A DNA stretch of 64,000 nt, the filler included, from Licmophora abbreviata (Eukaryota), in assembly GCA_900291995.1 (NCBI GenBank). It is 17 parts of 17 records of this genome, joined end to end, with 100 filler letters (N's around TTAATTAATTAA, not from the genome) between each part and the next. Parts side by side here need not be neighbours in the genome. Positions count along the whole stretch, not along the records: positions 14,718 to 28,385 come from OLMU01005221.1; positions 28,486 to 31,693 come from OLMU01005222.1; positions 31,794 to 38,230 come from OLMU01005223.1; 14 more parts are not named here. One strand, 5' to 3'. The notes beneath the pieces are model-generated. The model ran no database searches, was not told where the DNA came from, and worked only from the letters and a program-made list of their open reading frames with translations. Both the position numbers and the translations under genes were made by a program. Of the stretch, positions 22,818 to 35,530 are shown in pieces. The first letter of the stretch is position 1, and the number at the start of each line of letters is the position of its first letter.

Positions 22818-25800
22818 ATGCTGCAGAGTCGTTCTTCGTTGCGCGATGCGACCAACAACATGCACCGAGACGAGCACAAGCCCGCCTTGCGTTTGAAACA
22901 AAGATGCGTGGCGTTTGGATTGCTATTGGTATTGTGCAGTGCGCGTCTCATGCCCACGCATGGTGCGACTGTCGATGGGAGTGCGACTCAGAGACAACCA
23001 GCGTCCATACCATCGGGTCGTCGTGTTGTAGGAGAGACGAGTGATGAGATGCTGGATAACGAGAACGAAAAGGCACATGAAACTAAAAAGAAAGCACAAG
23101 AAGACAAAGAGACTGTCGGGAGAGTCATTCGGGGAGGAACCGAGCCAGTCGGAAAGCGAGATATGGAGTATAGTGATGCTGACGAGCAAAACAATGTAGG
23201 GGCGGCGGGGTTCTGGCTTCCCGACGACGGCACGTGGTCTCGCCAGGTAGTTCAAGACAAGCTGAAAGACGAACTGGTCCAGGAGGGGAACAGTGGAAAC
23301 GGATGTGGTCTTGATTGTGTCCAACTCCCCGATGGACGTTGGGTGACCAAGTCATTGTTTCAAGCTATTGTCATGACCCAACTTCAATCCGACACGAAAT
23401 CCATGGAGAACGGTCACTTCGAAGACTTTGGAGGAGATACAGACTCGACGGAGCGGGCTTTGCAGCAAGCTGACGAGGAAGAACGCAGTCGGATCGCCCG
23501 TTCCAAGGCGTTTCGGTCATCACTGGATCGCTTTCGAAAGATGGACGACATGACGACGAACTCTGCTGGGGCATGGAGCTCATCTATACACGAGGTCGAC
23601 TCATCCGTCCTGCAGACTTCGTCGGCCCATGAGCGAAATGAGAGAAGCGGCGGCGGCGTTGCTCCAGACGAAGAAGAGCGTCAGATTCGAAGGCGACCGG
23701 GACGGGACGAGTCGACTCGGCCCCGCGTGGATGTTAACTCATTCTTCTTGTCTGAGTCTGAGGAAGAATTGTTCGAAACGCAGCCAAAGGAATACGAAAG
23801 CCGTGGAGATGGTGGCTTCGTCGCGAAAGCTGATAGCTTTCCCGAAACCGCGACGACAGGAAACGCATCGGAAGCTCCAGAGGAGACCTGTCGTTGTCAG
23901 TATCCTGGAGAAAGAATTTACAATAGCAACTGGCGAAACTTGGCAACATGGCAATTGTTTTCGGGCTGGGTATCTTCGAGTAGTAGCTCTTCTTCGGACG
24001 AAGATAAATTCGTTCTTGTTGACGGCCAAGTGATTTTGCCGCCGAACCATCCCGACTGTCGCCACGTAAGGTTTGCCTGTCCTGGCGAAGTGCACAACTG
24101 TGAGCATTGGAGTTGTCCTCTGGATTTACGCCGAGGCTTGTACGAGCTGGAAAGTGACTCTGTGCAGAACGATTCCGTCGACACGGGCGGCCGCCGTGGC
24201 ACCCAAGAGAACCTGGAACTCACCGAACGTATGCTGAAGAAGAGCATGGGCACAAAAGGAGGAAAGAAGGGAAAAGGCAGCGGCCCAAAAGGGAAAAAGT
24301 GGAGTCATAAGGGAAAAGAGGGTGGTCCTAACGGGTTTAATTGGAATCATAAAGGAAAAGAGGGCGGTCCAAAAGGGTACAGTTGGAGTCCAAAGTGGGA
24401 CACTGGGAGTAGTAGTAGCGGCGCCGATGAAGACAACTACTCGAATTGTCAAAAGATCATCACCCTACCCAATCACCATCCTCTCTGTGGTGGCGATCTA
24501 ACGAGCACACAAGACGATACGATTCAGAGCAACTCGCCAGGTTCCACCTCGTGGATCAACGGAGCACCCAAAGAGGGACCGACATCGCCACCGACGCATG
24601 GTCCGACGTGGGTAGATCCTATATCTCAGCCCACGCAGTTAGGATTAACGCCGAGCGAAGGACCGACATTGTCACCTGCCGCGATTCCGACCACTGCGCC
24701 AAACGCAAATGTGATTGCGTCGCTACCTATCGATTTGAATGTTCCAACGGAAGACAGTCCCACAAGTTCACCTTCAAGCAGTCCGATCGCCTCCCCTGTA
24801 CCGATACTGATACCTACCGCTAGTCCTGCTGGACCTTCGTCCAAGACGGCAGCCCCGCTCCGGCGTACGGCGCAGCCACGGACGAATAGTCCAAGTGAGG
24901 GACGACTCAGCAACAGCCCAACAATACTACCAACGTCAGCACCCCTGCCAATAACAGCAGCTCCTCTGCCAATAACTGCCGCCCCTTTGCCAATAACCGC
25001 AGCTCCTCTGACACTTACCGCAGCGCCACAGGATTATCCGACCAGCGCACCAGATCTTGGAACTGCGTCAAAGATTCCCTCTTCTGCTTCTTCAAGCTCA
25101 CCAGCTGCTTCGCCTCAGGGTGCCGACGAAGTGCCTGTTTTCTCCCCTATCTCTCTGGCTAGTGCTGAATCTCCCGTGTTTGGTGATTCTCCGATATCTA
25201 GTATCGCTCCTATCACCCCCGTGTCTGACGACTCACCTGAGTCTCCGGTATCTGGCGACTCTCTCATTTCTTCAGATGCACCAGCAAGTGCCAACAACAA
25301 CCAAGGATCCGGAAGCAATACTGTCCCATCGCCCACCACAGAGAGCCTGTCCTCTCATCCAAGCATCCTTTCTCCTGACTCGTGGGCGGCATCGTGTGAG
25401 GCTGCGCTGATCGACTTTGAGTTTTTGCCGGATGGGACCGTTCTTGATCCTGGCGACTACGTGGGCATGGAATGGTTCGAGTCATACGGAATGGCCATCT
25501 CAGTCGAGTCATGGGATGGGACTTACGCCCCAGATGGCAAGGGTCGCATCTTCGATACCTCGACACCGGGCATTGTAGATAGGGACCTTGGAAGCCCAAA
25601 CATGATGTGCAGTCCTTCTGGACCAGGAGTTGGGGCAGGCGGAGAGCCGGGACAGATAGGAGAGAACTGCTTGCCTCAGGGCAATGTGCTGATCATCCAG
25701 GAGGAGGATAAGAAGGATCCGGACGACAACGGATCCGGCGGGAACATCACATTTACTTTTGAGCCGCCGGCAGAGGTAATCCACTCAATTGGCATAATGG

Positions 25801-28800
25801 ATATCAAGGTCGGCGGCTCGGTGGTGTACGCAGAAGACGTTGGTGGCGCCACGAAAGAGATCGTGGTAGCCGCCCTGGGAAGCAATTCTATCCAGGACAT
25901 ACTCATTGACGAACGGAACGTAACGCGTTTGACAGTGAGTCTATACGGGTCCGGCGCCATTCTCTTCCTGTCTGCGTGTATGGGAGGAACACAGACGACC
26001 GTCTCTGAGCCGCAAATAGTGACGAGAGAAAGTATGCCCGTCGTCATGAAAAGTGAACCATTGAATGGCGCTGTTGTCGAAGGTGAAGACCATGACAGAT
26101 CACTTACAAGTGCAACGCTGACGGGGAAAGACGCGGATCTGAAATGCCTTGACTTCTCAACATCAGGCAACGGAAACGCGCTGTTTGACGGAGACTACGT
26201 CAGAGATGAGTGGTTTAGCATCTATGGTCTAACTGTCACTGCCCATGCAAAGGATGGAGGCTACACACCAGATGGGAAAGTCCGTATTTTTGATACGTCT
26301 GACCCAGGAACGAACGACGACAACGGCGATCCGGACTTAGGGAGCCCAAACATTGAGTGCAGCCCACCGGGTCCTGGGTTTGGCAATGGAGGGAAACCAG
26401 GCATGCCCGGCGAGAATTGCACCCCTCAGGGTAACGTTTTAATCGTCCAAGAAAGTGACAAGGTTGATCCAGACGACAACGCGTACGGCGGTAACATCAC
26501 CTTCACGTTCGAGCATCCGCCCTTGGAAGTAGTATCGATAGGTCTGATGGACATCTCGGAACAAGGACTGGACTTTATTGAGGTTCAAACTGCAGACGGA
26601 AATGGCACAGTTGTTCTTCCCATCATGGGTCTGGGTGATAATGCCCTCCAGAATGAGAGGATCGCTACAATGAACGTCAAAACTCTAACTGTCAGTTTCG
26701 TACGTTCTGGGGCGATCCGACACCTGTGTTTTTATGCGAACAGAAGCCCGGAACGGGACGACAGCCCAAAGGCAAGTGACGCGATGCCATTATCACCAGT
26801 ACATCCAACTCCATCTGTATCCGGTCGAAATGATGCCACCCACCAGCCGATCTCTAGCCCCTCGGATGTTCCCGCTAGATCCGCCGAGGGGCCTTCTGCG
26901 AGTCCTGCTTCTAGTTCCACAGATCAGTGTGAGTCAGAGAAGATCTGCATAGACTTTTCTTTTGTTCCGGGATCCGAAACGAAACTCATGCATGGCGACT
27001 ACGTGAGTGCGGAGTGGTTCACGGAATATGGTATTTTCGTGAGCGCGAGCTCTCCCGATGGAGGCTACACGCCTGGGGGCCAAGCGCGGATTTTCGATAC
27101 GACCCTGTACAACACGGTCGACCCTGATCTAGGCAGCCCCAATGCCAACTGTGCGATTTCTGGTCCGGGGGTTGGGAGTGGAGGACTTCCCGGAATGCCG
27201 GGCGCGAACTGCAATCCATCCGGCGAGGGCAATGTCCTCATTATCCAGGAGTCTGATAAGAACGAACCCGACGACAACGTCTACGGAGGAGGGATTACAT
27301 TTATTTCTGCTTGCCCACTCGAGAGATTGTTGACCGTTGGCCTGATGAACATGAATAATATCATTGGCGACTACTTCGAGATCAACACAAGAAATGGTAA
27401 GATTACACAGTCCCTATGGGGCCTTGGCGACAACTCTGTTCAAGAAGAAAAATTCGACGGGATAACAGATGTTGAAACTGTGACGGTGGTGGCACAGAAC
27501 TCCCTTGCAATTCGGCATATCTGTTTCTGTCGAGGGAATTGCAGTAGTAGCCAGGCTACCCTCCAGACAAACAAACCAACGAAGAGTGTGTCGGAGACAA
27601 CCTCCCCGATCCGGAAGTCTAGCAGCGAATCGCCAAACTCATGGGTTCCATCAGAGGCACCCGGTGCGAGTCCGGATCCGAGTGCTACTGGCAGCAAATC
27701 TCAGTCGCCGAGTGCGAGTCCAGATCCAAATGGCACGGTGAGCAACACTCCAAGCGGCAGTCCGGCACCGAGCGTGACTGGGAGTGATAGGCCGAGCAAG
27801 AGTCCCACACCGTCCAAGGGGCGGACCGTTTCTCCCAGTGCGAGTCCGCCTCCAAGCTCTTCTGGCAGTGTTTCTGGCAGTCTGAGTAGTGTCGTGATCG
27901 CGGCCGAGAGCGGAATTCCAGGTGAGAGCCCGGAACCGAGCTCATGGCCGTCGCGGAGCCGAAGCCCGGAGCCGTCGCTCGTACATAGCGAGTCACTGAG
28001 TGCGAGTCAAGATCCAATTGGTATGGGAACCAACACTCCGAGCGGTAGCCCGGTACCGAGCGTAACTGGGAGTGACAGGCCGAGCAAGAGTCCTGCACCG
28101 TCCAGGGGGCCGACCGTTTTCCCAGCGCAAGTCCGGCTCCGAGTTCAAATGGTAGTGGACTTGACGGGCTGAGTAGTGCAGCGATCGCAGCCGAGAGCCG
28201 AATTCCAAGCGAAAACCGGGAACCGAGCTCATGGCCGTCGCGGAGCCAAAGCCCCGAGCCGTCGCTCGTGCATAGCGAGCTGCCAAGCGTGAGTCCAGAT
28301 CCAAGTGGGACGGCGAGCAGCACTCCAAGCGGTAGCCCGATACCGAGCGAGACTAGGAGTGATAGGCCTAGCAAGAGTCCTGCACNNNNNNNNNNNNNNN
28401 NNNNNNNNNNNNNNNNNNNNNNNNNNNNNTTAATTAATTAANNNNNNNNNNNNNNNNNNNNNNNNNNNNNNNNNNNNNNNNNNNNAGGCCGAGCAAGAGT
28501 CCTGCACCGTCCAGGGGGCCGACCGTTTCTCCCAGCGCAAGTCCGGCTCCGAGTTCAAATGGGAGTACATCTGCCGGTCTGAGTAGTGCAGCGAGCACAG
28601 CCGAGAGCGATATTCCAAGCGAAAGGCCGGAGCCGAGCTCATGGCCGTCGCCTAGTCAAAGCCGAAGCCCAGAGCCGTCGTTAGCACATAGCGAGTCGCA
28701 AAACACGAGTCCAGATCCAAGTGGGACGGCGAGCAACACTCCGAGCGCCAGCCCGGCACCAAGCGAGACTGGGAGTGATAGGGTAAGCATGAGTCCTGAG

Positions 28801-30636
28801 CCGTCTATGAGATCATCAGGGATTGCCAATGCGAGCCCAAGCACCAGTCCGGCACCAAGCGCAAGTCCTATGCCAAGTCTTGCGCGGATCAGGAGCTCTT
28901 TTCCATTGTTCACTTCATCACTGATGTGGACACCAAGTTTGCTTCCAACCGCAAGCCCCAATACTGGCATGGGATTGAGCGGCTCGTCACGTGGGAAATC
29001 GTTCAACAGCCAAATGCCCGCCATCTCATGCGAGTACGAAGTACTGACGATTGATTTCGAGTCGACCCCGGACGGCAGGGAGCTGGAGGGCGGCGACTAC
29101 GTGAAGTACGAATGGCTGAGCGAGTATGGCATCACCATCACAGCAGCGTCCCTGGATGGCGGTTACACCCCCGATGGCCGGGCGCGGGTGTTCGACACTT
29201 CGAGTCCCGGGGAGGAGGTGGATCTGGGAAGCCCAAACGAAAGGTGCAGTCCTTCGGGTCCGGGTGTGGGCGAGGGTGGCGAGCCGATGCGGGAAGGTGA
29301 GAACTGCGTTGCTCAGGGAAACGTTCTGGTCATCCAGGAGGGGAACAGGCCACATGCAGACAACAACGTGTATGGTGGCAATCTAACGTTTACTTTCGCG
29401 AGGTCGGCTGCCGAAGTGTACACTCTGGGTTTGATGGACGTTGGGGGGCCGCTCGCCACTGTATACGTGGAGAAGGTGGATGGCAGCATAATAAAGATCG
29501 ATGTGCAAGGACTCGGCACGAACTCGGTCCAGAACGTGACCATCGGTGAGGAGAGCGTAAAGACGTTGATTTTGGCCCTGCCCACGTCAGGTGCCGTGCG
29601 GTTTCTGAGCCTGTGCATGGACGAGCGTTCCAGTGCCGCACAATCTTCAAGCCCTGTTCCCTATTCGGCTTCCACGCGATACCTGCTGTCGCCCCCTTCC
29701 CTTTTTACAATTCCGTCCAAAGTCGTCCACATGAATGATGCCGACGATTCACATTCTCAATTGGAGCAGTCCCGTCATGAGCAGCTTCCCAACAAGCATG
29801 GATGCTTAGGTGATGTATTGTCTATCGACTTTGAAGCCACTCCTGATGGATTGACCCTGGTGGATGGGGATCTCATTAAATACGAGTGGTTCAGCTCTTG
29901 CGGCATTACAATCGCAACCGTTGCGATGGGCACACGGTTCGAGAGCCCCGCGAGGATTCTGGACACGTCGAGTGAGGGTGCAGCTCTGGGCAGCTCACTC
30001 TGCAATCCTGGTGCGGGCCCAGGAGAGGGCTCCAATTGCATGTCCCAGGGCAACGTTTTGATCATCCAAGACAGGGATGGGAGAGCCACTGCCGGAAATA
30101 TCACATTTACGTTTGATCCACCCGCCGTGAAGATTTCTACGGTCGGTCTCATGATGGACATGAAAGAGGGCCCGCGAGCGACCGTGTACGTGGAGAAGGT
30201 TGACGGTACTACGGTGGAGAAACAAGTGGAAGACCACAGCTCCATCCAGAACGTGACTGTCCATGAGGAGAAAGTGAAGAAACTGACTGTCGTTTTGGCG
30301 GTACCCGGAGCTGCTCGATTGTTGACATTGTGCCTCCCACCAGCCGATCCATTCACTATTCTACCAATGAGGGAGCTATCACCGGCATCATCCTCGACAG
30401 CGCCCCAACCGCTCTCGGATGACCTTCCACATCATGTCCCAAGCCGCGTCCCGACGAAGCTTCCAACAGTGCCACCAGCCAAGCAACCAAGAGCGCTTGG
30501 TCAAACCAAGCAACCTACGAAAGAAATGTCGCCAACTGTTCCAACAAAAGAGTCTTCCCACGATCTGATATGGTTCCCCTCATCCGTACCCGTCATCAAG
30601 ACCGACAGTAGTCCATCCCGAGCAACACCGGATTAA
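22818..30636 (+). CDS. Very large secreted cell-wall/adhesion-like protein with five copies of a ~190-aa domain and Ser/Pro/Thr-rich linkers; spans a frameshift (~28118) and a gap (28386-28485)
   Basis: Hydrophobic signal segment (VAFGLLLVLCSARLMPTHG-A), RXL motifs and a K/G/W-rich block. Repeated domain IDF...GDYV..EW...YG...GYTPDG..RIFDT...DLGSPN..C...GPG.G.GG...GENC..QGNVLIIQE...PDDN..GGNITF. The frame after the gap is open from 28486 and in phase with ORF 28789-30636. Confidence 0.8.
24934..25029 (+). repeat. Coding 21-nt repeat encoding (TAAPLPI)n
   Basis: TSAPLPI TAAPLPI TAAPLPI TAAPLTL TAAP, with synonymous divergence between units. Confidence 0.85.
27711..28790 (+). repeat. Coding tandem repeat, ~288-nt (96-aa) Ser/Pro-rich unit, at least 4 copies, with the gap inside the array
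   Basis: Unit starts at 27711, 27999, 28286 and ~28702 (SASPDP.G..SNTPSGSP.PS.TGSDRPSKSP). Confidence 0.9.
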
Positions 30637-30732
30637 TATGTACGAAGTACCATATGTAGTATTTACTTCCAGCTGTACCTACTAGGAACGAGTCAACAAC
30701 ACATACAGCGCATCATTCGTCAATGTTAAAAA

Positions 30733-31512
30733 CTAAAACTTCTCCACCCACGGACGCACAACCACCTCATTCGTCCAAGCCGATCGATGCTGCCGAATCA
30801 TTGCCAGATACGTTTCCGCAATAGCATCCGGATCCAGCATCGCATCCGGCTTATCACCGTACGACTTTCCACCACTCTTACGAATCCCTCCATCAATATT
30901 GACCCAGCAGCAGTGAATGTTCTGAGGATGCAATTCCCGCGCCATACTCTCGCACAAGCCTCGCTGGGCAAACTTGCCCATGGCAAAGGCGGCCGACCTA
31001 GGAAAGCCCTTGACTCCGGCCGAAGCACCGGTAAAGAGAATCGTGCCACCACTGCCTTTCTTCAGCATACTCGCAGCAGCCTGCTGTCCAAAGAGAAAGG
31101 AGCCAAAGGCTGTAATTTCAATACTCTGTCGCACGGCCTCGGCATCGACCTGATCGATGGGTCCGCGGACGGCGCGGGATGGGTTGTAGATGGCGACGGA
31201 GGGTGAGGTGGGGAGTGATTCAAAGAGGGCCTTTAGATCAGTGGGACTCGTTGCGTCGCAAGAGACGCACTGGGCCTGCGTTTCCTCCTGCAAGGCCGAC
31301 AGCTTGCCGCTGTCGCGTGCGGCCAGCGTCAGGGCGTAACCCTCGCGGTGGAGCATGCGGGCCAGAGACGCAGAGAGACCATCGCCGACGCCCACAATCA
31401 CAGCAAGAGGTTTCGAAGAGAGAGATGACATGGAAAAGACTGGAAGGAGAGTGCTAATGAGGAGAACTAGTGGAAAGAGCAGTCGATTATGGCAACGAGG
31501 CGGTTTCATCAT
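30733..31512 (-). CDS. Short-chain dehydrogenase/reductase of bacterial type with an N-terminal signal-like extension
   Basis: IVGVGDGL Rossmann motif, YNPS, FTGASA, FAMGKFAQRGL (F in place of the YxxxK Tyr), IDGGI, LDPDAIAETY, RPWVEKF; intronless. Confidence 0.88.
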   Translation of the reverse strand: MMKPPRCHNRLLFPLVLLISTLLPVFSMSSLSSKPLAVIVGVGDGLSASLARMLHREGYALTLAARDSGKLSALQEETQAQCVSCDATSPTDLKALFESLPTSPSVAIYNPSRAVRGPIDQVDAEAVRQSIEITAFGSFLFGQQAAASMLKKGSGGTILFTGASAGVKGFPRSAAFAMGKFAQRGLCESMARELHPQNIHCCWVNIDGGIRKSGGKSYGDKPDAMLDPDAIAETYLAMIRQHRSAWTNEVVVRPWVEKF

Positions 31513-32156
31513 CTTTCAGTTTTGTGATGGTTTGCCATGGTACCTTCATCCACCTAACTGGTACTACCTCATACGAATAGTGCATCTTTGTTGTTCGAAG
31601 AAGATCCAACACGACGCGAAAGATCGCGGTTCGGATACGGCGAACACTATGATACACAGAACGAGACGATCATGGCTGGACTAATGATGTGGTNNNNNNN
31701 NNNNNNNNNNNNNNNNNNNNNNNNNNNNNNNNNNNNNTTAATTAATTAANNNNNNNNNNNNNNNNNNNNNNNNNNNNNNNNNNNNNNNNNNNNCCTACCA
31801 TCATAGTACAATGCCGACGTCTATAACCTACTACCACTGACGACTTCCTGACCCTGGATGACTTGTTCAGTCCAAGTAAAACAGACTACACGTATAGACC
31901 CTACCCCAGGCCTTGCGATTGTCTGACGAATACCACGAGGAGTCACACTCGTCTGTGCACATGCTGCCGTAGACCAACACCCGCCGTCATGTCCGGCCGA
32001 TGTACCGGGCGTCGGCTGTAACAGAAATTCTCAAAGCGAAAAACAACAACTTTGGCCTTGCTTACAGTACCTATCCAACGAATGCGTCGGGCGGTCCAAG
32101 AGCTACTAGTACGAGTAGTTTATAGCACGTACTGTATCTCCTACTAGAGTTAGTGT

Positions 32157-33010
32157 CTACTTTTCGTCCTTCAACTGAATGAGTTCATCGAGCGCAGCCT
32201 TGCTCGCCTTCCATTCATTGATGGGATCTTCATAGTAGCTGCGCACGAGCTCCTTGGTCGCCCCACTCGTTCCCTCGGTCGCAATCGGATTGAAGACGTT
32301 GTTGTAACTATTCATTTGAATGACACGGCAGTTCGTAGTTACAATAATAAACAGAAACAAGAGGATGAGAAACGGAAACTACTGCAGTACACACACACAC
32401 ACACACAGCAAACTTGCATATACACATTCGCTTACACTGCCATATCCAAAAACCTCAAGTGCGTGACTGCCTCCTCCTTTGCCTCGAGCGCCGCCAGTTC
32501 GTCTCCATTTACATCCCCAATCGCCGCGGCATACTTGGACAATAAGACAGACTGTTTGCTCCAACAATCCGAGAGTGGCGGCTGAATCAAGACCGCTCGG
32601 ACCGAGTCCCACTTTTTTGTTTCAATCAAGGAAGGAATCGTATCGAGTTGCCTTTGGGCTTGTTGGAGGAGCGTGGACAGTTCGTCGAGAGACGTGTTGT
32701 TGTCTTTAGGAGCTGCAACGGATGGAAGTGTGCCTCCCTGTTGTTGTAAGGCGAGACTTGAAATCAGAATGGCGGCTGGAGAGAGCAGTGCTTGGCGTCG
32801 CGTGAAAGCAAAAAGAACGATACCACTACGAGTCTGCCTTCTTCTTCTTCTTCTTTCTTGGTGCACGATGAGTGAGGATGGGGAGTAGGAGCTAGTACTC
32901 CTAGTAGTAGTAGTATGAATACTCGGCAACGAAAAGGATGACGATTCTTTCACATGGCTGCATGCCAAAAGAAGCAGCAGCAACAGACAATGATGTGCAA
33001 CCTGTTTCAT
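32157..33010 (-). CDS. Thylakoid-lumen PsbQ-like protein
   Basis: Exons 33010-32436 and 32307-32157. Signal peptide + SSS-F transit start, twin-arginine TRRQALL + hydrophobic stretch, then a helical domain with LIETKKWDSVRAVL. Confidence 0.65.
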
Positions 33011-33498
33011 TGTCCTTATTGTACAGTCTCAGAGGGAAACGATTCTGTTCGTCTCTCTTCTTGACAACACACACATCAACTCGATCCGGCACTTCCTTTG
33101 TGACCTCTCACGACACTCTGAACTCCGCGCGCGTTACATCCATCGCGCGTATGACGTACGTACACAGGGCGGCGCGCCAAAAAAAGTCGGGTGTGATCCT
33201 TTCGTTTCCCGCCCACCTTTCACGTCGTCGCACATAGCGTTGGTGGTTCCCATCACCACTCTGCAAGGCCTTGCATATTGGAGACATACAGAATGTAGGT
33301 TTTTTTAAGGTTTCCTTACTGCCATGACCCCTACCAATACTATACATAGTACTGGTCTTTCGAGTACAACTATACGAGTAGTACTCAAAATCTAGTATCG
33401 TTCTCCAAGTTAGTGCCCGAATGGAAAGTCGTCATCCCACCATTGTCATACTATATAAAATACACACACAGCCACCCAAGTTTCCTTCGGTCTTGTTT

Positions 33499-34601
33499 TC
33501 AAGCATTGTCGTCTCCTTCCGCCTTGCCTGTTTCCATGGGACCCTCTGGCGTGGTGCTAATTTCCGGTTTGGTAGTAGTGCTTTCCATGGTCGTCGTTTC
33601 GCCACGCTCGTGCAGGAACTCTTTGATACAGGTAAATGCCAAAAAGACACACACACTGAATCCAATCCACGTGGAAAAGTACTGATTGCCAATATCCACA
33701 CCGGGACCTTGACCAAAGGTAATCAGTCCCACACCGACACTGTACAAGACTAGAGCCAAGACGGCAGTCGCCGTTTCCACCACCAAGCGCAACATGTCCT
33801 TGTAGGCCATCAAGATAATGACCAGGGCCGCAAAGCCGACAATAGCGCCTAGACTAATGGCATAGGCATTGCGGTTGCACTCGGTGAGATCGCGGTTGGA
33901 ACAATTGTTGTTGCTGTGCCATTTGGAAGAACTGGCGAGGAGGACAATGGAGGTGGCGGAAATGACGAGCCACTGTTTGTATCATATAGAGAACCAAGAG
34001 GGAATGATAGTGTTGGAGCGTGATGGAGAGGAGTACGATGTAAGTGTAAATTCAAACACGACTGCATTCTCGTCTCATCATGGATTCTCTTGTGAACTCA
34101 CCATGGCAAGTTTCTTGGGAGTACTGGACAGGTCCACTGTTCCACTGACACTCTGTGCAAAGTGTCCCGAAATATAGAGCGACGCAAAGAAGGCCGCCCA
34201 GGCGAAAAAGTAAAGGTTCGCATTGAGGACCCCACCGGCCCCATCCGTGGCCAGCACATGTGCCGGATCCATAATGGCCGGCAGTCCCTGCCACCCAGAG
34301 AATGAGATTGAGTGACGCGAGGAGTCCTTCGGGCTGTTCCGAGACAAAGGTGGAGGGAGCGGCAAAGTGTGCGGCGACGGCGAGAACGCCGCAGGTGAGA
34401 CTGATGCTGCAGACGCTCATGGCCCACTTGTCGTGACGTTCTTTGGTATAGCCACTGCGGTTGTTGATGTCGCTCACGAGTGCGCCCAGGGAAACGCTCG
34501 CAAAGACCATCAAGGCGCACCACCACACGAAACGAGGGGAGCGTTGCTGCTTGCTCTTGTTGTTGTTGTTGTGGGTCTGAGGAAGAGGAGGATCGCATCA
34601 T
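33499..34601 (-). CDS. Multi-pass membrane protein of unknown function, with two apparent homopolymer frameshifts
   Basis: Consecutive hydrophobic helices with internally duplicated motifs ANLYFFAW and GNQYFSTW. Intron 34101-33973. Frames join if GGGG (34536-34539) and CCC (34286-34288) each lose one base. Confidence 0.7.
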
Positions 34602-34961
34602 TGTTTGCTCTTGTTTTGGATCTTGGGTGTGTGATGGGTTGTTGGCAAGTCAAGTCTTCTGATTTTTACGAGTCATCCAAAGAACAAGAAGGAGTGTTCT
34701 CATCATTCTGGTATCATACCTGGTACAGACACGGTGGTGTCACGTGCTTGTCGCGTCCCAAAGAAGTTTTGAAGCTTTGACATCGAAAAGGTATCTTTTT
34801 TCAATTTTGGCGGGACGGATGTACAGACTTTTGCTGCCAACCACCCATTTTCTCAACTTTGAAATTTGTTGAATTCCAAAACTAACACCACGGCAGACCA
34901 TGACACTACTCATAGTATCTTCGCCGTCCATTGTTCTCCATTCAACGACGACACAAGCATC

Positions 34962-35440
34962 ATGGGAAAGCAAAAACAGCGTCGCCGAAATCAGCGTCGC
35001 AACAACAACAAGAAATCGTCTCCCGAAAGTAACAACAACAACAACAACAACAACAACAACGGACCATCCTCGTCGCTCCTTCAACGAATTCGTCATGCCG
35101 ATTCGAGTACGACGCGTCATGCAGCCTTGACGGGCTTGGCTGTCACCTTGCGGACAACGGATCAGCAGAGGTATAGCATATCATCATCACTTTACTCCAT
35201 GGAACTCCTCCAGGCAGTCCGAGAGCGCGTCATGGACGGCGACTTGCTCTGTGCCCAGGCTGCCGCAGAGTGTCTCTATTTCTATACTTCTTCTTCTTCT
35301 TCTACTACACTACTTTCGAACGACGACACACTTTCGACAGAAATGGCTGGATGGACGCTGGTCCTCCTCCAGCGACTCGAAGAGTGTCAGACTGCCTTGC
35401 GGCAAAGTGCTACTAGTAGTACTACTACTCGCATCCTACC

Positions 35441-35530
<90 letters not shown>

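Noticed and set aside
27685..29024. Minus-strand ORFs over the Ser/Pro repeat
   Set aside because: Antisense of low-complexity coding repeats.
32387..32407. (CA)n tract as a functional element
   Set aside because: Ordinary intronic microsatellite.
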